Below, piece after piece: positions 31,486 through 44,100 of a stretch of DNA of 64,000 bases. Numbering within the stretch: position 1 is the first letter of the stretch; each line of letters opens with the position of its first letter. Source of the stretch: Paraphysomonas bandaiensis (lineage: Eukaryota; Protista; Chrysophyceae); NCBI GenBank assembly GCA_965644295.1, contig CBFFRP010000363.1, positions 558,001-622,000 on the forward strand, in the 5' to 3' direction. The notes under the pieces were generated by a model that saw only the letters and a list, made by a program, of their open reading frames with translations, did no database searches and had not been told where the DNA came from. The position numbers and the translations under genes were made by a program.

Positions 31486-32229
31486 TATGAAGCAAATCTG
31501 GCTGCACCTAATAGTTCTGACTCCTACACTCCAATTGCTAATAATATGACGTTCACTTCTATAACTATTTGTCACATTGCCCCCTTCTCAAATGATGCGG
31601 TTCTGGTGTTTCTTCCGGATGGATATATTGAATGTCTGATTATTAAGAAGCGCAAGCTTGTGCGTTGCCGCGACCAACCTAACAACTCGCGCGACACTAT
31701 GCATAACATGACTCTCATCTAGTTACTATTGCATGCACCGACAAGTGCTCAACTATACAACACGATTTAGTTAGCTACATGGGCATACGACGAGTTGCGT
31801 GTTTAAGCCGGATCATACGCTCCTACCCAATCTACTTGTCCTAACACAAACAACTTGCGGTCGGTGTCTTCGGCATATGTCTCCTGTATATGCGGCAGAT
31901 CTTTAGGGCCCTCTTCAAGGTGGTGTTCACAGCAGCAGGTAGTCTGGAAGGGAGAATAAAGTAGCTCTAGCGCCGGGTCCTCCCACGGTCACGAAGCGGT
32001 CTCACTGGTGCAATTTTGCACACTGACGCATGAAACAGACATCTACCAAAATCTGTTACAAATTCAAGCTGACTCCGATGTCTTCCCTCCATTGTGTGCA
32101 CTCGTCCAGCACATGCATCCACCTTGCACTCTTCTCCCGAGTGACTTACACTAGTAAGAAACCGTGCACCTTCCCCGCTCGGATGAAAACCTACTAAGCA
32201 AGAATAACATAAAAGCACCACAAATGTAC

Positions 32230-32831
32230 CTGACACTGCTTGGAGAACAGTGCCAGAGCCTTGATATAATCTCAATGACCTGGGTCAGGAGAAATCAAGA
32301 CTAGGCAGTAGACGTGTGAGAAGACATAACAGGTCCAATCACATCATTGTCATTGCCATGCATCTATGAGGAAAGTTTGACGCATTACCTCGGTCATTGG
32401 CCACACAGATACCGAATAATGTGAACTCATACTCAGCATCAATCACTCAAAGCAAACGCAGGGAGCAAGCAGAATGTTGATATACCTGACATCTGCTGAC
32501 TTCAGGTTTTTTGAGTTCTTAAGGTGAACATCCCGGATGCTTAACTTCAGCAGGCAGCCCAATACCCCGGTTACCCTTCTGGTGGGCCCTGTCCCGGATG
32601 CCCTTGAGGTGGACCCATTCCCGGATGCCTGTTTATTCGTCAGGGCCCAAAGACGTCTACACAAGTGACACTTATTAGTGTCCCTTGTACCACACAAGCA
32701 TTTGGCTATGAGTGGGCAGAACATATATCTGCTGACTATGTTTGCGGCTCACGTTAGTTTCCCGGAGAAATATCTCCGGTACTTATCCCCCAGAACACCA
32801 CGAAAAGGTGCGAGTCCGACTTTGTTGAGGG
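32230..32831 (-). repeat. Dispersed repeat family B, copy 2 (inverted)
   Basis: Reverse complement matches 38918-39500. Confidence 0.88.
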
Positions 32832-34311
32832 CCGGATGGATATATATATATCCCGGTGGGATAACACTTTAATTGCTACTGCTACTAGAGGACTATTGAC
32901 CTTATTTTTCTACACCTAGAACTGCTTGTATTTTTTTATGTACCAATCCTATTTATATTTTGCTTACATTGCGTCCTTGCGCTTTATAGTTTCGTCAATA
33001 ATTGAGTGGAATTTTTTCTTTTCGGGCAAAACATTCTACTTCTTATTTGCTGCGTAATTTATATTGGTTATAATCATCTGAAACGCAAAAAAAGTACTTG
33101 TTGTATATATTCGTATAATAATGTTCGAATAAGTATTGACTAAAAGTACTAACACAGAAGAAAAAATATATAAAATGTAATATATTATTCCTATATGTAG
33201 AGAATGTAGAATGCAGTTTCATAGCCAAGTACTCAGGTGCTTCAGATGAAGAGTACAGAACTTCTTTGCCCAGAGGATCACCGGGAGATAGCAGTGATTC
33301 TGGCCATCGTTTTGGTAAACGCCATGTTGGCCGATTAGATTGTCATCTTCACCATTTCTCGGAGAGGGATTCAACTCACTCGAGACCTTATGGAGATGGA
33401 GCGACTACAGCATTCAGAAACGGATATAGACCTACTTGAAGACGACGTGCAGGACTTGATCTCTGATTCATCTGTGTTGGACTCTCACAGCCAACAAAAG
33501 ATGTTGATCTTGATCCCTTAGCCCATGCCTCTGAACCTTCTGAAAAAGGTTAACTTGGGTATCCAGGAGTCCAAAGAGGAGCAAGTACAAACTACGGAGC
33601 AGATCCAAAGCCAAAACGGATGCTTCAAAAACTCTGCTGTGGTGGATGGTCTATGTAACGTGAAATTTGCTGCTTTTTGTATGACTCAGTGGTTATGCGA
33701 AAATTTGGTGTGATGACATTTTCTTCGCTAAGACCACATTCTCTCCAAGCAGCCAACTCATACAACAAAAAGGCCTCTTCTTCGCAGCATTCATCTAAGA
33801 AACAGACTTTGTATCTTGTAGTATTATACACTTGAAGGGGTTTACTACTATACTCAGGCTTTTCTACCTCATTTCTGAATTCCGATCACGGGATGGCCTA
33901 GCTTCCTTACAAATCATAGTTATATGTTAAATAACTATATCACGAGTATGCAAATATGCGAATTGGTATATTATTTTGTTGGAAAACCATTGTTTCAAGT
34001 TTCAATGACTCCTCAAATTACGAAACCTTGAAAGATTTTTAGAAGAAAGTTGGTAGAATTCGAAAAAAAGAGTTTTAAATAAACAATTTACTTTCAATAT
34101 TTTCAGTGTTGCTGGTAAAGAAGTTCCCGTTCTCCTTCATCATCACCTGTTTGAGGGCCAAATAGACATAAATATTCATCCTAGCTTAATTGGAACTGTG
34201 CAGTACATGAAAGCAAACCTTTGCTCAACCATTTGCATCAGCCCCACAAAAACTGATATCGATGAGAAACCGATAAAAAATCATACAACCAAATACATAT
34301 CTAAACTAGTC

Positions 34312-36583
34312 TCAATCTATAGATGCAGGAAAAACATGTATGCGATGGTTATCTGTATTAGACACAAACAGCATGCCATCGGCACAACAAACACCTCGGG
34401 GGTTAAGAAACTGATCTCCACCTTGCCCATGTGAGCCGATGGTCCTCACAAATGTACCATCGAAACGAAACACTTCAATACAGTGACTATTGCAGTCGGA
34501 CACATACAGGAATCCTTCGGAACAGCAGATGTCATATGGGCTCAGGCTGTGACGGAATATAGATCGTACGAAAGAACCGTCCCCACAGAACACTTGTACG
34601 CGATGATTGTTCTGGTCTGCGACGAAGAGTAGTTCCCCATTGCTGCAAGCACCTCTAGGATACGAGAGTTTAGTGGGCCCTGATCCCTTTGAGCAGAAAG
34701 TCCTCATCGCTGTTCCGTTGAACTGGAAGGATTGTATGCGGTGGTTATCATCATCGACACAGTATAGAAGGCCATTCAACGCGCACAGACCATGGGGATA
34801 AGAGAACTTACCAGTATCCCTTCCTTTTGACCCTATGCACTTGATAAGGTTGCCCTCAATGTCAAAAGCCTGTACACGATGATTGTCCGAAACGAATATG
34901 ATTCCATCTGCCACGCATATGCCTCTTGGAAAGTTGAACTGGCCAGCTCTCGTTCCGTGAGAGCCGATATGTCGAACATAGGTTCCGTCTGGACGTAGTA
35001 CTTGCACGCGGTGATTGTCATTGTCTGCTACATATAGCAAACCGTCGTAAAAACACAACCCATAGGGACTAGAGACCTGGCCAGGCCCCGATCCATGGGT
35101 GGCAATCACGCATGGTTCAAGAGTGCACTCGACAGAAAGAGGACTCTGAGCAATCGGCTGCCCATCGATTGTAATATGCAAACAATACCGACCTGGTTCA
35201 TTCAATGTGTAACTCAGTCGATACTGGCCCCCGCCTTGTTCTGTAATACTGATAGGAAATCCTTCCACTTCATCTTGGTTGCAGAGAGTGCAATTGATAC
35301 TTAACAAACTGCACTGAAAAGACTGACCTTGGGAACTACGCGTGACCAGGGTGAGGTTGTATTGCGCTCCCACATGGCTCCTGTAGGGGCCGGACTCTAT
35401 CACTGAGCACTGGGCAGGGTCCAAATCTATCACTGACCCGATAACACGCAGGGAAGCTTGTAGGTCAGCAGGCGGAAAGAAAGAAATTTTGCTCGATGGA
35501 ATATCCGTTGTCATAGCGTCTACATCGCTCAGAAGTTTGTGGATATCGCTCATCATCTGCCATTCATTCTCAATCACCCATAACGTCGACTTTGTAGCCA
35601 AAGACTGCTCTATACTGCCAACTACTGACGCCGTCTTCGCGGAGTAGACCGAAAGATGTTCCATGCGGTCAACTAAAGCATTCGCCTTCAACTCACCGAT
35701 ACGCCGCACCTCATCTTTCAAAGCCATCTCACGAGTATGCAAAATATCCCGCAACGTATCAAAATACTGTTCAATCTCCAGCATCGAAGCTTGAAGGATT
35801 CCTCCGGTTTGAGTTGCGCCGGAGCAATAAACCTCACCTCCAGTGAGAGCTTGGTAGGTGTCTGCAAGGCTTTTAGTGGATGATTTAACGGCTTCTGTAC
35901 GGGCCCGCAGCTTCGTCAGGCTCTCCTGTAATCGCCCCACCGCCAAAACGGACTCGTCAGATATCAGGCCAATGTCGTGTCCTTTATGAGAACTAAAGCT
36001 GCAGAGAGTGCAAATGGCCACCCTGTGTTGCTTGCAGAACGCAAGGCACTCTTGTCCATGTTCTGGGCACACCCTGTTGATACAGTCTGCGTTCCACTCA
36101 ATGTGTCGGTGGGAATCTGTAGGTGGTTTACGGTGGCGGATAGCGTAACACTCCTCACATAGAGAACGGAGTTTCGGGCAATCCCGACAGAAAACTTGGG
36201 CAGTTTCTGACTCACATATTTCACACATCGGGGTTTGAGTGGCTGCTGGATTCGGTGGTGGAGGTGGAGGGGGAGGTAGAGAGGGGTCAAATATGGAGGA
36301 GTTGTTGGATGCGTTCTTCCGCCACACTCTCATGCAGCGGATGACCTCCTGATTGTTCTTCGAACCGGAGAATACACACCCGCACTCGGGACAGGTCGAG
36401 GACGGGAATCGTGGCAGACATTGCAAGCTATGAGTCTGTTAGAGGCGATACAGCACAGCAGAGCAGGTGTTACCAGTAGGTGTGGCCGCAGGGAAGACAC
36501 CGGGGCAGACGATCGACCTCGTCATACTCCACCATACAGATGGAGCAGCTGAAGACGCTATCTTCATCGCTACAGCTCTCCAT
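34312..36583 (-). CDS. TRIM-NHL-like E3 ligase: RING, two B-boxes, coiled coil, filamin/Ig, NHL repeats (2 exons)
   Basis: Exon 1 MESCSDEDSVFSCSICMVEY...LPCGHTYC spliced to LQCL...CPEC completes the RING; CEIC..C..C..H and CPEH..FCKQH..CTLC..H B-boxes; YTLNEPGRY..I.IDGQPIAQSP filamin; repeated F..P.G.C...LYVAD..NHRVQV. Confidence 0.9.
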
Positions 36584-36687
36584 CTCGAATACTGTCTCAA
36601 GTTCTGCAGGTCAAAGCTACGAGTGAATAAAATACACACAACGACACCAAACAACAATAGAATCCTATGAACAAAAAACAGCAGTAG

Positions 36688-37317
36688 ATACATACATACA
36701 TACATACATACATACATACATACATACATACATACATACATACATACATACATACATACATACATACATACATACATACATACATACATACATACATACA
36801 TACATACATACATACATACATACATACATACATACATACATACATACATACATACATACATACATACATACATACATACATACATACATACATACATACA
36901 TACATACATACATACATACATACATACATACATACATACATACATACATACATACATACATACATACATACATACATACATACATACATACATACATACA
37001 TACATACATACATACATACATACATACATACATACATACATACGTACATACATACATACATACATACATACATACATACATACATACATACATACATACA
37101 TACATACATACATACATACATACATACATACATACCTACATACATACATACATACATACATACATACATACATACATACATACATACATACATACATACA
37201 TACATACATACATACATACATACATACATACATACATACATACATACATACATACATACATACATACATACATACATACATACATACATACATACATACA
37301 TACATACATACATACAT
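36688..37317 (+). repeat. (CATA)n microsatellite, about 630 bp, about 157 units
   Basis: Near-perfect array with only two variant units (near 37044 and 37136). Confidence 0.99.
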
Positions 37318-37424
37318 CATACATTGTACATAGCACATATATCAGTGCAGTTGGTACTCGTATGTAGTGTATGTTATGTAGGGAGTGTCGATAATTAACT
37401 ATTCTTTATTGTTATCAGATTCCA

Positions 37425-38509
37425 ATGAAAGAGGACGATGACTTCGACGACCCGTCTGTGTCTGACCCCAGCTCAGTGGTTCTTCTTTTGATTGGCTGCT
37501 TGAGCTCTGTGTGCACTCTCTATTGTGTGGTGTGTATGCTGAGGTTCGGTATGAAGTCTCAGCACGCTGAGCTCACTATGTGCCTGCACCTCTCTATGGC
37601 CCTGTGGTCTCTCTCAATGCTGCCCTTCATATACACATCCTCTCATATATGTCAGCTGATGGGGTTCGTGCAGTGGTATTCGCTGTTGCAGCTGGTCATA
37701 TCGTCCACTCTAATGATGTGGTCTGCGAGTGATGTGGTTGAGCAGTCTCAGTATGGTGATTCCAGTCAAATATCAAATAGCCAGCATAAAATAACGAATT
37801 ATTCTCGGTTTTGGCTCTATGTTTTTCCTGCATTGCCTCCTATATTTCCCCTTGTTAGTAATAGTTTTGGGCACTTTTTTTCATGGTGCTCACTTGACTT
37901 GGATGCACAGTATGCCGGAAGTTGTTTCGTTCTTCTTTTTGTGTCGTGTTGGGTGCCTGTTTTTTTTATTCTTTTCAAGTTTCTACTGATCGTGCGGGTG
38001 TTGCGTAATTCTTCATTAGACTTATGTTATAAGGTTATTCTTCGAGGACCAGTGCTCTACGGTTCTGCTACGCTCTTTGTTTTTATTGTTGCCGCTGTAC
38101 TGTGCGTAGTCGCTGGAGCCTATAGTGGGCCTAATGCTACGAAGGAACTTTACTTTGGCCAATATGGCGTTTCGGTGTGCATATATCTACTTGGCATATG
38201 TTATGGAATAATATTCATAGGGGAGTACGAGCACGTTAAGGTATGCCCCAGCACGACTACCTGTTCCTTTCTCTATATGTATTGTGTTCGATGTGGTCAT
38301 GCCACTTCATATAATTGGTGTTACCAGTAAAACATTTTATTTTAGCAAAGGTATTATCAACATTATTTTTAATCCAATGTATACAGGCGTTTGAAATGTA
38401 CGTCAGAGACTTATTTGAGTTCGAGAAGGAGTTTTGCATTAGTGTTGATGTTGCTGACGATACTCTATCCAATCCTTTGAGAGATTCTATTCACATGACA
38501 GATATGTAA
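37425..38509 (+). CDS. GPCR-like multi-TM protein (cAMP-receptor/Git3-like), intron about 38241-38387
   Basis: About 7 hydrophobic segments, CQLMGF before TM3 and WCSL in the second extracellular loop. Confidence 0.7.
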
Positions 38510-38917
38510 ATAAATTTGAATGTGTTGAAATAACTGTAATGCTGATAATAAATTTTATTTTGATTCGACACAGCTGGAATCATGTTTGTTGGTATGTAGA
38601 GGTAGCTGTTGAAATTTTACTATTCATAATTCAAGCATTGAGTGTAAATTACGTTCAGTTAATTGATCCTTTATCATCCTATTATGTCAAACCATGATAT
38701 AATCAAAATTTAAAGCTAGTCTCGCGATAATTTTCATGGAACGAATGTCTGTACTAATACGGGTCATATTAGACTACAGATTTCTAAATCCACATTTATT
38801 CTAAAGTCTGTGCATATTATGTGAGAACGCCATTCAATCCAGCTGGGGTATTGTTTCTACATCGCGCACCACATATGCATGAATGAAATTAAAGGCATAG
38901 CATGTAAAGCTATGTAC

Positions 38918-39695
38918 CCTCAACAAAGTCGGACTCGCACCTTTTCGTGGTGTTCTGGGGGATAAGTACCGGAGATATTTCTCCGAGAAACTACCGTGAG
39001 CCGCATATATAGTCAGCAGATATCCTTCTGCCCACTCATAGCCAAATGCTTGTGTGGTACAAGGGACACAAATAAGTGTCACTTGTGTAGAAGACGTCGT
39101 TGGGCTCTGACGAATAAACAGGCATCCGGGAATGGGTCCACCTCAAGGGTATCCGGGACAGGGCCCATCAGAAGGGTAGCCGGGGTATTGGACTGCCTGC
39201 TGAAGTCAAGCATCCGGGATGTTCACCTTAAGAACTCAAAAACCTGAAGTCCAGATTTCAGGTATATCAACATTCTGCTTGCTCTATGCGTTTGCTTTGA
39301 GTGATTGATGCTGAGTATGAGTTCATTTTATTCGGTATCTGTGTAATACGTCAAACTTTCCTCATGAATGCATGGCAATGGCAGTGATGTGATTAGACCT
39401 GTCAAGTCTTCTCACACGTCTACTGCCTAGTCTTGGTTTCTCATGACCCAGGTCATTGAGATTATATCAAGGCTCTGGCACTGTTCTCCAAGCAGTGTCA
39501 CTTGTGTAGATGTCTTTAACCCTGACGAGTAAACAGGCATCCAAGCATGGGACCGCCTGAAGGGTAACCGGGGTAAAGGACTGCCTGCTGAAGTCAAGCA
39601 TCCGGGCTGCTCACCTTAAGGGTCCAAAATCCTGAAGTCAACAGATTTCAGGTATATCAACATTCTGCTTGCTCTATGTGTTTGCTTTCAGTGAT
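38918..39695 (+). repeat. Dispersed repeat family B, copy 3 with an internal partial duplication (about 39497-39695 repeats 39076-39305)
   Basis: Alignment by eye; the block gtgtcacttgtgtaga...ctgacga...aaacaggcatcc...caggtatatcaacattctgcttgc occurs twice. Confidence 0.88.
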
Positions 39696-40164
39696 AGAGC
39701 TAAAATGGTTGCACCTTGCTGCTTGCGGTGACGCACAAGTGGCTTTCAAAACGTAAATAGTACATATCAGAGATAAGCACTAGTTAGATAAATTGCAATG
39801 CTAAATTGGACCTGTAACTAATATAAAACTTATTAAATGTCTCCAAAAACATGTTCTCTTTACACCTACTACATTACTTATTGCAAATCATATAAAAAAC
39901 ACAACTTAAATCGACATTTTCAAAATTTCACCAGGTTTAGAGCGCTTCTCCAGGTTTGTTCATCACATCAACTTTAAATGAGTCCTGACTCTTTAATGCT
40001 TATTACTAATAATAAGACATTCACTACTTGCTCGTATATCCCCAACGACCGACTTAATATATGCTAAAAAAATTCACGACAATTTCTTCTTTGCTATTGC
40101 AAAATGTTTGCAAACAATCCAACTCGATTTGTCCTTTTCATTCTCTAAATTCGAAATGAATCGG

Positions 40165-40485
40165 GCACTGAAGTTAACTTTGCTCTACATGTAAACGTTA
40201 ACCTTGCTTATTGAACACGATGCACTTTCAAGTAAGAAATTATAATCATTAATCTGAATACTTTACTACATATTCATGTAACACTTGGTAAATCATCTGT
40301 TCTCAGCAACATCTGTTTATCATATGTTCATCAGCCATTTCTATATCTTACATTATAGTCACGCATCAGTAACTGAAATTAATTCCTTTGTTACTGCAAT
40401 CACCCGTTACACCTATGAGTTGACTTCACTACTAACTCACTTCAATTGCACAATATATATCACATCGTATTGCAGAACTCAACAG
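40165..40485 (+). repeat. Dispersed repeat family A, copy 2
   Basis: Direct alignment by eye to 4386-4737. Confidence 0.85.
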
Positions 40486-41109
40486 TCCTGATGATTTGTT
40501 CTGACTTCCTCAATACTGAATTCTGCGGACACTGGCAAATTATGTTATAACTGTTCAACTCTAACTCTAGGACAATATAAATACGAATGTTGAAAACAAC
40601 TTAGAGTGCTCGCCAGCGGTTTGCTGTTCAGCTTTACAAGCACCACTGTTATAAAACTGTTCACCCTAGTTGTAGTTCGTGATAACAAGGGTCAACCACA
40701 TACGGAATGGTTCCAGAAAACTGTTAGGGGATACACACAATGAACAGACCAGACCGTACTAAGTGGCACGGAATATTATGAAGCCTCTAATTTCCTATAA
40801 AGTGTTGGCATTTATTTGTTGGCAAAATTCCAGCTACCAGCAAAATATAAAAATAACTTATTACATATTATACGTGTATTATAATGGCACTTTAAAAGTA
40901 AGCCAGCAATATATATATATAAACATAGACATAATAATCTCAATAAAACGGATGCCCAGTCACTATAAAACATTTAGATATAGTGTATCACACACAAACT
41001 TACAAAAAATATTTTGCACAGCGAACAACTACATGTGCTTGTGTCAAGTTCACCAGCATTGTCGACACTCTGGTTGTGAATACAGAACGGACACTTAAAT
41101 AACATGTGA

Positions 41110-44100
41110 CTAAACATCTGACTTCGGTTGGCATGTCGTGAGCTCAATCGCTGATATTTGTGTGTCTGTGTCAACAACAGCATTATTTCGAACGCAAACT
41201 GCGTCGATGCGACCATGCAGTCCTGTGCTGCTCATTTCACCTTTCGTAACATATTCATACTCTTCTTCACTTGAATATTCGTCATCACTATCTTTCTCTC
41301 TGCGATCAATACGGAACTCACGATCAGGGGCTTTTCCTGGCTGTAATGATTGCGTGGAGCGTTGTGAATTTTTAGCGCTATCGGATTCTTTCTCACTCAC
41401 CAAAACACACCACGAGAAGTATAGCTGGAGAACCAGTACACTCATATTTACGACGATTAGGCTCCATCCAACAGCACTGATCATGTCATGACGCACCAAC
41501 TCATACTCAACAACTAGAGCCCCCAAAAATGTGAACATAATCTGGTATTGACCAGTTTCCCCCATGATAGAGTCTACATCTTCTGTGTAGGGCGAACAAT
41601 AGTTGTAAAGCTTCAAGTATCCTAAGGCAAGTAAAATAGAGAGCACAGCTTGTTCTGATGACCCAGGAGCACAAACACTTAATATAGCGGTTAGTACAAG
41701 ACGACGAGTAGTTTCAATGATTTCGAAATACCAACATTGCGGACGATAGGCTTTCCACAAAAACGATAGTCGCTGAACTTCGGCACTTAATATTGGTCGT
41801 TTTGAAACATCCTCTACAGGTCCCTGCTGCAAAGTCGATGTTTGCATTGGATTCGCAGTTTCTACAGCCGTATCAATAGGTGTGATAATTTTTGTAGTAT
41901 CTCTGGACTGTATCTCATCATTATGAATATACAAGAGCGCAAAGTACAAGCACGGTATGCCCACAGGGTATACCAAAATCATAACCGAAGCATATATGAC
42001 ACCGCCATAGTAGAGACCACTATCACACGATATGCTCATATCCGCAGTTAGAAACACATCCGAACTATTATCGTCCTCATCATTCGGGTCAACATTTGTA
42101 CACAAAAACATTTTAAATATAGTTGTCGTGGCAGAAGGAAGTACTAAATAGGTTAAGTAGAAAAATAGATTCAGGTATTTCTCTTTGGCCAAATTGAACG
42201 CTCGCCTTTTGTCGCCCTTTTTCCTGTTTTTGTTCGACTGTATTTGACGTCGTATCCACATATATTCCACAATAAAACAAAGCCATAGAAGACTGCATAG
42301 TGCAATTGGAGTAAGGGTTGTAATTACGAGGGTATCTATGAAAGAAAACGATGCAGCACAGCTCAGTGGAAGAATTCCCATGATATCCAGGTTAACAAAG
42401 TCCAATGCATTCAAAAATCGATTAAAATTGGATGGAAAGTCAATGGCAAGTACAGTTCCGGCTTCAGTAATTATCTGATATGTCGCTACAGCGATTTTAA
42501 TTCGGCCCATCAACTTCGAGACAGACTTTTGCATACTACTCCAGCAATTGTCATCTGATGTCTCATCGGAACTCGCACGGGGTTGGTCTGATCTACTTGC
42601 ACCACTGACATCTCTAGCTTGTGTTGCTGTCCTGGACTTCAATTTCTGGGTTCTACGACGGAAAAAAATACTAGCCGCAGCTAATCCGAAAGCAATAACG
42701 ACAATCAAAATAAACACAAGCGTCTGTGGAGTTAATAGTGCCACACCTTCACATTTCACGCACTCGTCGTTAGACAAAAAGTATCCGCTCGAGCACACTG
42801 CACACAGTACACCTTCACAGCCTCCTGCACAAAGATCATTGCCTGTTGAGTTGCCACCTCTACAGCTGGACTGCAAGGGACACTCCTGCACCGTAGAATG
42901 CGAGGGATATCGGCGCCAGTACCCCTCTTTCACAACTATCTGAGATGCGAAACAGTCTTCTATACCATCGTGAGAGAGGCACTCAGTGCACTCATCGTAT
43001 GCAACCAGATTATACTGGCCTTTTGGACAAACAACACACTCACCCTCGGACAAGTATTCACCTGCTACACATTCCCTCAATCGGAGAGTAGTTGCCGTGG
43101 AGATGTAATACGGAGCACCAATGTTCTCAGGTATCCCTAATAAATTTCCCAGATGGGCTTCAAATCTAACGGTGAGGTTACCACCAGGAGTGCATCGTAC
43201 TCGCAATGAGTCAAAAAAGGCCATTCCTTCGACGACAGGGACTCCACTTCCGACAACATCTGTACCCTCTAAAAGGGGAATTCCCTCACCACATTGCTCA
43301 CTCCCATCTGCGATAGTAGCCACAACTGAAGTGTCATCATCTACCAGCACAGTTTGGTTGTAGTAGTCTAGCAAATGGTACTCCAGTGCAGGAGTCAAGT
43401 CTTGGTCATATACATTCACCATATAAGTTGTAGGACCGACAAGTGTACAAGCCTGGGTCGCACTACGATTCCCATATTTAGCACTATTTCCTACCCATAG
43501 AACAGAAGGGTTATTAAGTCCCGGGGGTTCTGTTGTCATGTCCGAATCCGCAAGCCAATACACAGTGCCTCCCACTGATGCATAATTACTGTCAAATACA
43601 ATAGAATTTAGCTCTTTCTTATTTCCATCAATCGTAAAGCTCTGGTAGTTTTTCAGAGCCTTAAAGAACAATCCAGATCCTCTGGATGCAGTGTTTCTTA
43701 AAATACGGAGTGAGCTATTTGGTTGAACTTCCCATACTTCACTTTCGATGCTCGCTATCGCACCACCAAATATTTCAGCAGAATTACCCATGAGCACGTT
43801 GTCTCCTTCAAATGTTAGTTTAGTTTCTGAGAGGATCATCAACCCACCACCAGTGGTCATCGCGGAATTGGAAGACACATTCGTGCGCGCCAGTTGCATT
43901 TCGTTGGAGCGCGAAACTTGTATACCACCACCCCTGTCGGCATGATTACCATGCACTAGACAGTCACTCATAAGAACAGAGTTGAATTCATCCAATAGTA
44001 CTCCCCCACCATATCCCGCGGCAGTGTTGTCATTAACTTCGGATAAAGAAATATTAACTTTATTGCTGCTCTCAACCGCTATCCCGGCACCCGTGACCGC

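Noticed and set aside
33230-33830. Possible pseudogene with an RGS-like FAAFCMTQWLCENL stretch
   Set aside because: Match too short and surrounded by stops; cannot support a call.
36439-37338. MYVC-repeat ORFs
   Set aside because: Translation artefacts of the (CATA)n microsatellite.
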